DNA of 64,000 nucleotides from Candidatus Marinacidobacterales bacterium. GTDB lineage: Bacteria; Acidobacteriota; Vicinamibacteria; Marinacidobacterales; DATDRI01. The notes below the pieces were generated by a model. That model ran no database searches, was not told the DNA's origin, and saw only the letters and a list, made by a program, of their open reading frames with translations. How positions within the stretch are numbered: the stretch's first letter is position 1; each line of letters begins with the position of its first letter. The DNA lies in contig CBDCNP010000002.1 in the NCBI GenBank assembly GCA_965219415.1, positions 4,992,001 to 5,056,000 of the forward strand, given 5' to 3'. Both the position numbers and the translations under genes were made by a program. This document shows, one piece after another, positions 30,654 through 41,517 of the stretch.

Positions 30654-33086
30654 GTGCCTACCAAGGTCGGCGCCAAGCCCAGGCGAAAACAAACCAGCGA
30701 GCCCACGGCACCCTCGGGTGAAGACAAGCTCAGCATTATCGGGAAGCCCCTCCCCAAAGTCGATGCCATGGCGAAGGTCAGCGGGGAAACAGTGTTCGCG
30801 GACGATCTGACGCTTCCCCGAATGCTCTACTGTAAGATCAAGAGGAGCTCTCATCCACACGCGCGCATCTTGAGCGTCGACACGAGCAAAGCGGAAGCGC
30901 TTGCCGGCGTCGTCGCCACGCTAGTCGGCTCGGAGCTTCCTATTCCTTTCGGGATCCTACCCGTATCTCAGGACGAGCATGCCTTGTGCCTCGACAAAGT
31001 CCGCTTCGTGGGAGATCCGGTGGCCGCGGTCGCCGCCATGGACGAGGAAACCGCAGAGAAAGCCTTGGGACTCATCGATGTGCAGTACGAAGTCCTCCCA
31101 CCGATCATGTCGATCGAGGAAGCGCTAGGCGAAGAAAAAGAACGCATCCATGACTATGGAGCGCAAGGAAACATCCACAAGGCGGTAGCGCTCGAGTTCG
31201 GTGATGTCGAGGAGGGATTTCGGGAAGCCGATCATATCCGAGAGGACACCTTCTTTTTCGAGGGCAACACCCATCTTCCCATGGAGCAGCATGCCGCGGT
31301 CGCTGCATACGGCCCCGACGATAAATTAACCCTATGGTCGTCGACCCAGACACCGCACTATGTTCATCGTACCATGGCAAAGGTGTTGGAAATGCCGGCC
31401 TCGCATATACGTGTGATCGCGTGTCCGAACGGGGGCAGTTTCGGGGGCAAGAGCGATCCGTTCAGTCATGAGCTCGTGGTCGGAAAGCTCTCTATGAAGA
31501 CGCGCCGCCCGGTCAAAGTCACGCTGACGCGCGAAGAGGTGTTTTATTGCCACCGCGGACGGCATCCGGTGAAGATGTGGATCAAGACCGGCGTGAAGCG
31601 TGATGGAGAAATTATTGCGATGCACTTCCGTTCCTTCTTGGATGGAGGTGCATACGGGAGCTATGGCGTGGCGAGTCTCTACTACACAGGAGCGCTACAG
31701 ACCGTGACCTACCGGGTGGGGTGTTACAAATTCGAAGGGGTGCGGGTCTTTACCAACAAGCCCCCCTGCGGCCCTAAGCGCGGACACGGTACGCCGCAGC
31801 CACGATTCGCACTGGAGTGTCACTTGGACAAGATCGCGGAGGATCTCGGCATCAACCCACTAGAGCTCCGCCGCCGGCATCTCGTGGAGCCTTTCTCGAT
31901 AACCGCGAATCAGCTTCGCCTTAGCACCGTCGGCTTGAAGGAGTGTCTGGATCGCGTTGACAAGCGCTCCGGCTTTGCCGCAAAGCACGGAAAACTTGGC
32001 AAGGGGAGGGGAGTCGGGATCGCTGCCTCGAGCTACATCAGTGGCGCGGGACTCCCTATTTACTGGAACCACCTCCCGCACAGCGGAGTTCAGCTGCAGT
32101 TGGACCGCGGTGGAGGCGTCACCGCTTTTTGTGGCTCGACCGATATTGGCCAGGGATCGGACTCGGTGCTTGCCTACGTGGTTGCAGAAGAGCTCGGGGT
32201 CGGGGTCTCGGACGTTCGCGTTGTGACGGCGGATACGGACCTGACCCCGGTGGATCTCGGGAGCTACTCCAGCCGCGTCACCCTAATGACCGGCAATGCT
32301 GCGATCCAAGCGGCCCGACGGCTCAAACCACTCCTACTCGCCATGGTGTCTAAGGGGCTCGATGTTCCGCCCGAAAGGCTCCGGATGGCTCACCGTCGCG
32401 TCTTCGACGCCGAGGATCCGGAGAAAGGAATGACCTTCGCCGAGGCGGTGGTGCTGACCGAGGCCGAGCATGGAACGTTGGGCTCGACGGGAAGCTACAA
32501 GCCACCTCGCTCCGCGGCGCGCTATAAAGGGGCGGGCGTCGGTCCGAGTCCGACCTACAGTTATTCCGTCTGCGTCGTCGAGCTCCAAGTAGATGAGGAG
32601 ACCGGGTGGGTCACCATCGACAAAATTTGGATCGCGCACGACATCGGAAAGGCCATCAATCCACTTCTCACTATCGGGCAGATCGAAGGGAGTGTTTACA
32701 TGGGTCTCGGCGAGGCCCTGATGGAGGAGCAGGTCTTCCGGTTGGGGGTTCACAAGTTCCCCTCGCTGCTCGAGTACAAGAGCCCGACCTTCTTGGAAAT
32801 GCCGCCGGTGGAGTCCATTCTCGTAGAAACCCTCGACCCGCAAGGGCCGTACGGCGCCAAGGAGTGCGGGCAAGGCCCACTACTCCCGGTCATCCCCGCA
32901 CTCGTCAATGCCATCTACGATGCGGTAGGGGTTCGAGTGGACGAGGTTCCGGTAACGCCCGCCAAAATCCTCTTGGCCATGGACGGGCGTTTACGCTCAC
33001 CAGAGGTTCCTACTTTTGGTTTTCCCGAACCGCTCGAGGTGCCACCCTTGCCGGTATCCACCACGGGGGAGGAGCAGCCCGCATGA
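30654..33086 (+). CDS. hcrA: Xanthine-oxidase-family molybdopterin subunit (4-hydroxybenzoyl-CoA reductase alpha-like)
   Basis: STQTPHY, GGSFGGK, RGHG (HcrA-type, not RGFG), DIGQGS, GSYSSRVT, GQIEG. Confidence 0.8.
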   Translation: MPTKVGAKPRRKQTSEPTAPSGEDKLSIIGKPLPKVDAMAKVSGETVFADDLTLPRMLYCKIKRSSHPHARILSVDTSKAEALAGVVATLVGSELPIPFGILPVSQDEHALCLDKVRFVGDPVAAVAAMDEETAEKALGLIDVQYEVLPPIMSIEEALGEEKERIHDYGAQGNIHKAVALEFGDVEEGFREADHIREDTFFFEGNTHLPMEQHAAVAAYGPDDKLTLWSSTQTPHYVHRTMAKVLEMPASHIRVIACPNGGSFGGKSDPFSHELVVGKLSMKTRRPVKVTLTREEVFYCHRGRHPVKMWIKTGVKRDGEIIAMHFRSFLDGGAYGSYGVASLYYTGALQTVTYRVGCYKFEGVRVFTNKPPCGPKRGHGTPQPRFALECHLDKIAEDLGINPLELRRRHLVEPFSITANQLRLSTVGLKECLDRVDKRSGFAAKHGKLGKGRGVGIAASSYISGAGLPIYWNHLPHSGVQLQLDRGGGVTAFCGSTDIGQGSDSVLAYVVAEELGVGVSDVRVVTADTDLTPVDLGSYSSRVTLMTGNAAIQAARRLKPLLLAMVSKGLDVPPERLRMAHRRVFDAEDPEKGMTFAEAVVLTEAEHGTLGSTGSYKPPRSAARYKGAGVGPSPTYSYSVCVVELQVDEETGWVTIDKIWIAHDIGKAINPLLTIGQIEGSVYMGLGEALMEEQVFRLGVHKFPSLLEYKSPTFLEMPPVESILVETLDPQGPYGAKECGQGPLLPVIPALVNAIYDAVGVRVDEVPVTPAKILLAMDGRLRSPEVPTFGFPEPLEVPPLPVSTTGEEQPA

Positions 33087-34093
33087 TGCGGCTTCCGCCG
33101 TTTCGATATCTCGCTCCCAGCGAGGCGCGGGAAGCGGCGCGTATGCTTAAAGACCACGGTCCGGAAGCGGTGCCGGTTGCCGGTGGCACCGATCTATACC
33201 CCAACATGAAGCGACGACAGTTCGAACCGAGGGTCTTGGTCGGCCTTCGAGGAGTCCAAGGGCTCCGCGAACTAGAGGGAAGCCCCAAGAAGGGAATCGA
33301 GATCGGTGGGCTATTGACGCTCACCGAGCTCGCCGAATCCGACATGCTCCTTTCGGGGTACCCGGCGCTGGCTCGTTCTGCCGGTCTGGTCAGCTCGCCG
33401 ATCCTGCGAAACATGGGCACCATCGGTGGCAATCTTTGTATCGACACTCGTTGCAACTACTACAACCAGAACTTCGAGTGGCGGGAAGCCATCCATTTCT
33501 GCATGAAGAAAGACGGAGACATTTGCTGGGTGGCACCTGGCAGCAAGCGATGCTGGGCCATCGCCTCTTCGGATACTGCTCCGGTCTTCATTGCCCTCGA
33601 GGCCGAAGTGACTTTGGTGGGGCCGGAAGGTGAGCGCCGGATCCCAGTAGGGGACCTGTACAAACAGGACGGTATCGATTACACAGCGAAACGGTCGGAC
33701 GAAGTTCTGACCAAAATACATGTTCCCCCGGTCGATGGAACCCGCGCCACCTACTTGAAATTGAGACGTCGGGGAAGCATCGATTTCCCTATTGTGGGAG
33801 TGGCGGCCGCACTCAAGACCGGTTCCGACGGGACGGTGGAGAAAGCCCGCATCGTCCTGACGGCTGTGGAGTCGGCGCCTGTCGCAGCCACCAAGGCCGA
33901 GCAGATGTTCGTTGGCAAAAAGCTCTCGGCCGAGCTCATTCAGGAAGCCGCGGCCGCGGCCTACCGGCCGGCCCGGCCGCTCGACAATACGGATCTGACG
34001 CACGACTACCGCAAGAAAATGGCGCGGGTCTATGTGGCTCGCGCCCTGCAGGAGTTGTCGGAGCAAAATATTTTGCAGGGGAGGAACGCGTGA
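33083..34093 (+). CDS. hcrB: FAD subunit with [4Fe-4S] insertion (4-hydroxybenzoyl-CoA reductase beta-like)
   Basis: AGGTDL, TIGGNLC.DTRC.YYNQ...WR....FC.K..GD.C.......RC insert diagnostic of HcrB-like proteins. ATG overlaps the hcrA stop. Confidence 0.85.
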   Translation: MMRLPPFRYLAPSEAREAARMLKDHGPEAVPVAGGTDLYPNMKRRQFEPRVLVGLRGVQGLRELEGSPKKGIEIGGLLTLTELAESDMLLSGYPALARSAGLVSSPILRNMGTIGGNLCIDTRCNYYNQNFEWREAIHFCMKKDGDICWVAPGSKRCWAIASSDTAPVFIALEAEVTLVGPEGERRIPVGDLYKQDGIDYTAKRSDEVLTKIHVPPVDGTRATYLKLRRRGSIDFPIVGVAAALKTGSDGTVEKARIVLTAVESAPVAATKAEQMFVGKKLSAELIQEAAAAAYRPARPLDNTDLTHDYRKKMARVYVARALQELSEQNILQGRNA

Positions 34094-34386
34094 ACGGTAC
34101 GGCCTCGACGCCCTAAAGTACTCTTGATATGTGGTTTACAACCGCACTAGTCGGCCCTGAGACCTTCATGGTAAACTAGTACCCGATCGGTCGTGAGCCT
34201 TTTCCAAGGCCTCACTCCGCAAGATACTTGAAATCTAATTAAAACAAGCCTAGTGTTCGGTCCCAGGGAGTCCCACAGTGCGTAGGAGCCACGTCCGCGG
34301 CGCCGGGGATCCCTTCCGATGAGGGGGAGTTCCATGCTACCATGTTGGTGGAGCTTTTTTTGGCCAGGAGAGGGGTAACGTTCGGG

Positions 34387-35316
34387 ATGCTAGAATCGAG
34401 CGTAGGTTTAGACAAAAACCGTTCGAGTGTCCGCGAGTTTCCGGCTGAGGCGAGGCGCATTCAATGGCGGAAGACCGTGCCTTTCGTCGGCGTACATCTG
34501 ATGGTATTCGGCGTCATTTGGGTCGGCTGGAGCCCGGTCGCGGTCGGCGTTGCCCTCGCCTTGTTCTGGTTGCGGATGTTCGCGGTCACGGGCTTCTACC
34601 ATCGCTACTTGTCTCACCGGAGTTACAAGACCTCTCGGTGGTTCCAATTCGCCTTCGCTCTGCTTGGCAGCTCCGCAACTCAGAAGGGGCCCTTGTGGTG
34701 GGCGTCTCACCACCGTACGCATCATCTGTATTCCGATCAGGAAGAGGACGTGCACTCTCCCACGCGTCACGGTTTCTTGTATAGCCACATTGGCTGGGTC
34801 TTTGCGCGGGTGAACGACACGACTAAGACGCGTTTGGTCCCGGACTTGGCGAAATTTCCCGAATTAAGATTTCTGGATCGGTTCGACGTGTTGGTGCCTA
34901 TCTTGCTCGGAACGGCGAGCTTCTTCTTGGGCGCCCTCCTTGCCAAGGTTAGTCCTCAACTCGGAACCAATGGCATGCAGATGCTTGTCTGGGGTTTCTT
35001 CATCTCGACGGTTGTACTCGCGCACGCCACTTACACCATCAATTCTCTGTCTCACGTTTTTGGGCGGCAGAGATTCGAGACCGACGATACGAGCAAGAAC
35101 AATTGGATGTTGGCCTTACTGACCATGGGCGAAGGTTGGCACAACAACCATCACCATTTTCCAACCGCAACCCGCCAAGGATTCTATTGGTACGAGGTCG
35201 ACCTTACCTACTACGGACTTTTTCTGCTGTCTAAGTTGGGCTTGATTTGGGATCTCAAATCGGTCCCCGAGCACATCTTGGAAACGGGTCGTGTATCGTC
35301 GCAAGCGGCTGCTTAG
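34387..35316 (+). CDS. Acyl-CoA (delta-9) fatty acid desaturase
   Basis: His boxes HRYLSH, HRTHH, GEGWHNNHH. Confidence 0.93.
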   Translation: MLESSVGLDKNRSSVREFPAEARRIQWRKTVPFVGVHLMVFGVIWVGWSPVAVGVALALFWLRMFAVTGFYHRYLSHRSYKTSRWFQFAFALLGSSATQKGPLWWASHHRTHHLYSDQEEDVHSPTRHGFLYSHIGWVFARVNDTTKTRLVPDLAKFPELRFLDRFDVLVPILLGTASFFLGALLAKVSPQLGTNGMQMLVWGFFISTVVLAHATYTINSLSHVFGRQRFETDDTSKNNWMLALLTMGEGWHNNHHHFPTATRQGFYWYEVDLTYYGLFLLSKLGLIWDLKSVPEHILETGRVSSQAAA

Positions 35317-35975
35317 CCCAACTTCCGAATTCGTGAGGGTCGGTTTATCCTGACCGCGGCAAGCGCGAACGAACCTCGTCCTTCCAGGCAATACTTTTTC
35401 TCGAAGTCGGAGCCAACCAGCTCCCCCGCTGCCGCTGTGGAGGGTGGTTGGTACTCGCTCTGCAAGAGGGAAGAAGAACTCACAACCTCCACTATGTGAT
35501 CGAAATAGTCTTTATGGTCGGTCACCACCTGCAACCTGCCTCCAGGCGTCAGAACCCGTGCCACCAGTTGCAAGAACTTGGGTTGGATCAGGCGGCGCTT
35601 TTGATGACGCTTCTTCGGCCAGGGGTCGGGGAAGTGGACGTAGATGGCGCTCAGGAAGTCGTCGGGTACGAACTCGTCAAGAAAGTAGCCGGCGTCAACG
35701 AGAATCAACCGCACGTTCGAGCACCCGTGACGACGGACTCGATCGCTGGCGAGGCGCCAGTATCGTTTGGAACGCTCGATGCCGATGAAGTTGGCCGCCG
35801 GCCGGTTCTTCGCCGCTTCGTCGAGGAAGGCCCCCTTCCCAGCCCCAATTTCCATCTCCACCCGATGCTCGTTTCCGAATAGTCTCTTGACGGAGATGGG
35901 CTTAGGCAGGTTTCGTACTTCTAGGCCGATGGGCTCGATAACCCATTCGCGAACGGTGCTGCCACGAGATCTCAT
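35313..35975 (-). CDS. trmB: tRNA (guanine-N7)-methyltransferase
   Basis: EIGAGKG, FIGIE, FPDPWPKKRHQKRR, VTDH, FEKK. Confidence 0.93.
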   Translation of the reverse strand: MRSRGSTVREWVIEPIGLEVRNLPKPISVKRLFGNEHRVEMEIGAGKGAFLDEAAKNRPAANFIGIERSKRYWRLASDRVRRHGCSNVRLILVDAGYFLDEFVPDDFLSAIYVHFPDPWPKKRHQKRRLIQPKFLQLVARVLTPGGRLQVVTDHKDYFDHIVEVVSSSSLLQSEYQPPSTAAAGELVGSDFEKKYCLEGRGSFALAAVRINRPSRIRKLG

Positions 35976-36097
35976 GGAAGTCTGGTATATATTAACTCCC
36001 TGGCGATAAAAGCCGTCTCGCACGGCGTTCCAATGGGCTGGATCTGTGAATGTCTGACGCGCCGTATCTGCGAACGAGTATAGTGTCCGGTGTCCCC

Positions 36098-38926
36098 GTG
36101 GGGCTCCTATGGCAATCGGGAAGGCTCATGTTGATGGTGATCCTTACCCTGATTCTACCGTCTGGGGGGGGATGTCCCGCCGGATGTTGAATTTGGGGTA
36201 GCGGCGGCTCCTTGGCCGGCCTAAGAATAGGTCTGCCAAACAACCGTCTCCAGAGGGGGACAAGGAGCCACCAATGCCTAGGAAATCAAAGAAGCCAGTA
36301 AGAAAGCAAACGCACTCGCCTACGGGCAAGGTAGTTGGCCAAGTCGGTCAGATACTGCTACCGATGATAGCTGGGATCGCGGCCACGAAGGCGGAACTGA
36401 CGGAATGGGTGTACGAGCAAGGACTGACAGCTCTGCACCTACTGCTCAGAGAGGACGCCGAGGAGATCGCGGGGCTCAAGGGCAAGCACGAGAAGGAGCG
36501 AACTCATAACCACTGGGGGAGCACGAACGGAGAGCTGAGCTTCGGTGGTCGTCGCATCCAAGTGTCGCGACCTCGAGTTCGCTCGAAGTCGGGCGAGGAG
36601 GCGTCGCTTCCACACTTCGAAGCCTTCCGCGAAGAAGACCCGCTTCCAGAGCGAGTGTTGAATCAGATCTTGGTGGGGGTATCGACCCGAAATTACGAAT
36701 CGAGTCTGAACAAACCCGCGGCCAAGTTGAAGTCTCGTGGCACGAGTAAGAGTGCCGCCAGCCGTCACCTCGTGAGCCAGACGACTAAGAAGCTCGAGGA
36801 ATACCTGTCTCGGCGGCTAGAGGAGTTCGAGCTTGCGGCACTGATGCTGGATGGCCTTGAGGTGGCCGGACAGACCGTCGTCGTAACTCTAGGTATCACA
36901 ATAGATGGAACGAAGGTGCCCCTGGGTATATGGCTGGGCTCGACGGAGAACTCTCGGGTGTGCACCGCGATGTTGCAGGACCTTCTCGAGCGGGGCTTGC
37001 GCGTCGATGAGTCGATTCTCTGCGTAGTGGACGGAGGCAAAGGCATCCGCAAGGCACTCGTCGACGTTTTGGGGGACCTCGCGGTCATCCAAAGGTGCCA
37101 GATCCATAAACTCCGGAATCTTCGCTCGTACCTTCCCAAGTCTCGTCACGCCTACGTACTCCAGACGATGAAGGAAGCCTACAAGTGCAAGAGTGCCGAC
37201 AAGGCGCGCAAGCGACTTCAGGCATTGGTGTCGTGGCTCGAGCGAAACGGCTACGACGAAGCTGCCGGAAGCCTTCGTGAAGGGATGGAAGAGACACTCA
37301 CGGTCGTGAAGCTCGCGCTGCCCGCCTTACTTCGCCAGTCTCTTGCCACGACGAACGCCATTGAGAATCTCAACGGAACCATTCGCAGAGTATCGAGAAA
37401 CCTCAAGCGTTGGAAGAGTCCTTCCATGGTTCGCCGATGGACCGCTCTTGGCGTCGTCACCGCGCAGAAAAAGTTCCGGCGTATCAAAGGCTATCGCCAT
37501 ATGGGCGCTTTCGTTCACGCGCTTAGAAGCAAACAGAAATCTCTTGACAGCGATGAGTTTGCTGCCTAAGAGTATTCACAGGTGCCGCCGCTACCCGACC
37601 AAATTCAACAGCGGCCGGGACATCCCCACCTTTGGGGCGTCGGCTAGACAGAACCCTTGGCAGAACCAAGGGGGTCAAGAAACCACGAGCGGCGACGAGG
37701 ACAAGGAACAGGAGAAGGAGCAGGAAACATCCGACACGTCCGACGCCGGTCCGACCGAGCCAGAAGACAGTGAAGAAGAGGAAGAGCACGCCTCATGGCA
37801 CGAGTACCTGTACTGGGCCAACGGGCTTTACCTCGATACGACCTGGAACAATCTAAGGATCAAATTCGCGGGTGATGTCCAGAACGACACCGCCGGATTC
37901 TCCAACACCGACTCCGCAGAGGAAGCTCTCGGCGTTCCCATCGAAGACGGCGTCGAGTGGCGTCGCGCGCGGATCTATGCGGATGGGACGTTTGGAGTCC
38001 ATTTCCGTTTCCGCTGGGAACTTCACTGCCGCGAATCCGCCCAATCTTCAAGATGCCTACTTTGGACTGCGCGAGCTTCCCATCCCGACGCTTCAGATCA
38101 TCGCGTCTCCATGAACGTCGTACTATCGGCGGCGGTGTATCCTTCCAAGCCCAGAAGTGCCCGGAAACGGCCGAGAAGCCTCACCAGTGCCTTCCTCCCA
38201 TCCCGCAACTCGGGCTTGTTGTTCTACGGAGCGGCGCCGCGCAAAAAGATAAGATGGGCGATTGGAATCCTTCAGCCGGAAAGCGAAGATATTAATTTGA
38301 AAAACACGGACAACATCGGTACGTTGGGTCGCTTCGCGGGTGCCTTTCATCCCAGAGGGGGAAAGACGCTGGTGCACCTCGGAATCGACTTGTGGCGACG
38401 AAACGTCGACCCCACGATCGAGTTCTCCTCTCAGCCCGAGTCCAACCTCGCCCCGAACTTTGTGGAGACGGGCGAGTTTCCGTCCACCCATGTGAACATC
38501 GCCGTCGTCGAGAATGCGGTGCAACGAGGCCGCTGGTCGTTTCAGGGGGAGTTCGTGCCGGCCACTGTGGAGACAGACAACCAAGGCGATTTCTTCTTCT
38601 ACGCTTTTTACGTCATGGGAAGCTATTTCCTCACCGGCGAAGCCCGCCCCTACCTGGCGGGCGAGGGCAGGTTCGGACGACCTCAGCCCAAGCACGAGTT
38701 GCGGGACGGCGCGGGAGGTCGTGGCGCTTTCGAGGTCGCCTTTCGCTTCTCTCGCATCGATCTGACCGACAAAATCGTCACCGGAGGTGAGCTCAACGAC
38801 CTAACCGCCGCCTTCAATTGGTATCCTACCTACTCCACCCGGGTGGCCTTCAACGTGATCCGGGCCAAGCTCAAGTCCGCCGATCCGGTGTGGGTTTTCC
38901 AAGGACGGCTTCAGGTGTCTTTCTAG
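36098..38926 (+). pseudogene. OprO/OprP-type phosphate-selective porin interrupted by IS256 in its signal peptide, with further frameshifts
   Basis: Signal-like MLMVILTLILPSG before the IS continues as ASARQNP after it. EWRRAR, YFLTGE.RPY, GAFEVA.RFS.IDL, NWYP, terminal RLQVSF. Confidence 0.8.
36169..37626 (+). mobile_element. IS256-family element, transposase 36274-37569
   Basis: IRs GGGATGTCCCG...GTTGAATTTGG / CCAAATTCAAC...CGGGACATCCC. Protein has MLDG, VVDGGKG, QRCQIHK, TTNAIENLN. Target duplication unclear. Confidence 0.92.
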
Positions 38927-38941
38927 GCTTGGCTCTGGCCG

Positions 38942-38970
38942 AAAAAAAAGGCGGCCGATCCGCGGCCGCC
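38942..38970 (-). terminator. Rho-independent terminator
   Basis: GGCGGCCG/CGGCCGCC 8-bp stem with a T8 tail on the minus strand, between convergent genes. Confidence 0.8.
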
Positions 38971-38994
38971 CCGTTTGACCTCGAGTGCGCCTTA

Positions 38995-39631
38995 CTAGAA
39001 CGCGATGATCACCCCGCCAGTCAGATCTCCCTGAAAGATATACTGGCTGCCGGTCACCAGACCGCACGTGATGTAACCGCAAACCCACCCGGTTTGCGTG
39101 AGATTGGTGTTCGTGGAGTAGCCTCGGAACTCCAGTCGCGCTCCAAAGTGGTCACTCGCCATGAACTTCACGCCGCCGCCGAATCCGAACGAGAACCTCG
39201 TCGTGCTATCCAGGCCCTCGACATCGGGATTGAAGTTAGTAGCGCCGAGTGAGAACACCACAAAGGGGCGGACCGGCTCGTCATACTCGTTGAAATGGAA
39301 TAGCACACCACCATGGTAGTAATCGGTGTTGACGTCGTCCAATGGTGTGCTCGGGCCGAAGAGTCCACCCCTGGCCTTGAGCAGGGCCTTCTGATGGCCG
39401 TAGAGAAACTCTACCGCTCTACGGTTTCGGTCACGTTGACGTCGACGGTGAAGCCCCAGCTCACGTTGCTGTCGAGGTTCAAGTCGGTGTTGATAGCCTC
39501 CAGTGTAACGCCGCCCGCGAATCGATATCCGATAAACGGCGCGATTTCCACCTTGGGCTGTGCCCAAGCCGAGGAAGAACCGAGCGCAAATAGCACAGGC
39601 AGTGCGATGCGATGATCAACTTTCGAAGCAT
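38995..39631 (-). CDS. Outer-membrane beta-barrel protein (frameshifted in this sequence)
   Basis: Signal peptide, EIAPFIGYRFAG, RPFVVFSLGAT, GFGGGVKF, C-terminal F. Spread over several frames. Confidence 0.75.
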
Positions 39632-39902
39632 TCTTGCATTCTCCTTGTAGCTTAGCTTGTTGAGTGGGGGCCTTCCTTGTTCGCCAGCCGTACGGTCTAT
39701 TACTTTGCTTCCGTTGGCGGGTAGTCGATCGTCAACTTGCCGCTCGAGCAACTTGTTGCCACGATAGCAAGCAGGAAAACGAAGAGCGAATTGAATCGAA
39801 TCATTGGTTTCCACATTTCGATTGCTGGCCCGCGGTTGGCGGTCCGCAACCTCCCTTGGAACGAAGCACTGCGATCTTAACCAACGCCGAGCCCTCGCTG
39901 CA

Positions 39903-39920
39903 ATCCGTAAAATTACGGAT
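39903..39920. promoter_or_regulatory. Palindromic operator ATCCGTAA-AA-TTACGGAT
   Basis: 8-bp perfect arms. Near-identical site at 41447-41464. Confidence 0.75.
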
Positions 39921-39962
39921 ATTCTGAAGTAGGAAGAATTCCGGCAACCCCGTGAGAGGGCT

Positions 39963-40368
39963 TCAAGACGTCTCTACGCGGAGGAGTGGAGAAATGTAAT
40001 GGTGTCCGTGGAGAGCCTCATCGATGGCGGGCAACAAATCTTCGCCGGCAGATGACTTGAGGACGTATGCCATGCCACCCGCCTGGAAAGCGATTTCGAC
40101 GAGGGCCGGGTCCTTGTGAACGGTCAGAAATATAATTCTGGAGACGATGCCGTCCTGCCGAAGCCTTCGCGCCGCCTCGATTCCGCTAACGTTGGGCATC
40201 GAAATGTCCACCACGAGAACGTCCGGTGTGAGGCGCCTGGCAGCCTCCAGCAGGGCCTCGCCATCCCCGACCTCCCCCAACCACATCGAACTTGGGCTCG
40301 AGTAGGGCACGTACCTCATCGAGCAGGGCGTCACTGTCGTCGGCTAGCAGGACTTGCGGGCGCTCCAC
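39963..40368 (-). CDS. Stand-alone NarL-like receiver-domain protein (frameshift near 40278)
   Basis: VLLADD, PDVLVVDISMP, IFLTVH, YVLKS. No HTH. Confidence 0.8.
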
Positions 40369-40695
40369 GGTATCTCTCCTCGGCAAAACGCGGGGGGGCG
40401 GGACCGCCCCCCCGCGGGGGCGAGCCCGCCTCTGAACTAAGGGGAACGAGGGCCAGCCTATGAGTGCTTTCACCCCTCGCGTATGGGGAGAGGCTATCAA
40501 CTCCTGGGGGTATGGTGTCATCAGGAGAAATGCGGATTTTTCGGGGAAAAATTGCGGAGAAAAAGGTGCGGAGATTACTGGGCTACTGGACGCCCGGCGT
40601 CCTGCCTGCGTTCGACTCGAGGCACCCACCGACTACTGAACGCCCAGCAAGATCTACGAGCCTGAGCTGTCCTCAAGCCCGAACTGCCGGCGCGA

Positions 40696-41221
40696 TTAGC
40701 TCGACTTCGGTGGGTATTTGTCGAAAATCTTCTCGACGACCTTGTGGATTTTCTTGATGTTCTTGTCCGGCTTGTCGCTGATAGTATCGGTTCCCGAGCC
40801 TCGAAAAAGAAGCTGCTTCCCGTCTGCGCTCCAGAGGTCGATGACGATGGTGCTTTTCTCGTATTGAATAAGCGCGGGTCGTGGATGTGCCCATGCCACC
40901 GCCCCAACGGGCGCCGTAGCCGTATCCAAAGTTATCTGTTACGTACTGCTTGTTCTCTTTGGCGGACGCATGGTACGTCACGTACATATCGGGGTCCGAG
41001 TCGACCTTCTTGATGCCCTCTTTTTCCAGCGCCGCCTCTATCGCGTCGACCACCCGCTGGTCCATGAGCGGATCCTCGACTGGCGTTCCTTTGGCATAGG
41101 CGTAGGTTTTGAACTTCGTAAAATCCGCGCCGCGATCCCAATCGGTTGTGATTTTCTGCGCGAATCCGGTCGCCGCGATCAGGATGATGGCAAGACAAAG
41201 TGCCGTTGGTAAGCCTTTCAT
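40696..41221 (-). CDS. DUF4136-domain exported protein (frameshift near 40870)
   Basis: Signal peptide, DWDRGADFTKFKTYA, aromatic/Gly-rich loop, TIVIDLW...LLFRG, KIFDKYPP. Confidence 0.78.
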
Positions 41222-41446
41222 GGTCTCTCCTTCCGCATCGTTTTCGTGGGTTGCAAGAATATATCCGAAAAGCGTTGCGATCAAAAACGACGAGAACTGG
41301 GGGACATCTCTCAGAAAAGAAAGGAGGTCAGGGGCGGCGGCCCGCCCCTCGGGGCCAGGTCGTCTTAGGAAGTAATGAGGGCTGCACTGCTCTGCTACGC
41401 CCCCCCTGCAAGCGGCGATCTTGCCGTAACCAAAGGGGCCGAATCT

Positions 41447-41464
41447 ACCCGTAAAACTACGGAT
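41447..41464. promoter_or_regulatory. Palindromic operator ACCCGTAAAACTACGGAT
   Basis: 16/18 identical to 39903-39920 and at the same spacing to a -10-like element. Confidence 0.72.
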
Positions 41465-41517
41465 TCTGTCAGGAATTATTACGGGGAAACAGCGAAGTTT
41501 CGACGACTAAAAAGCGG

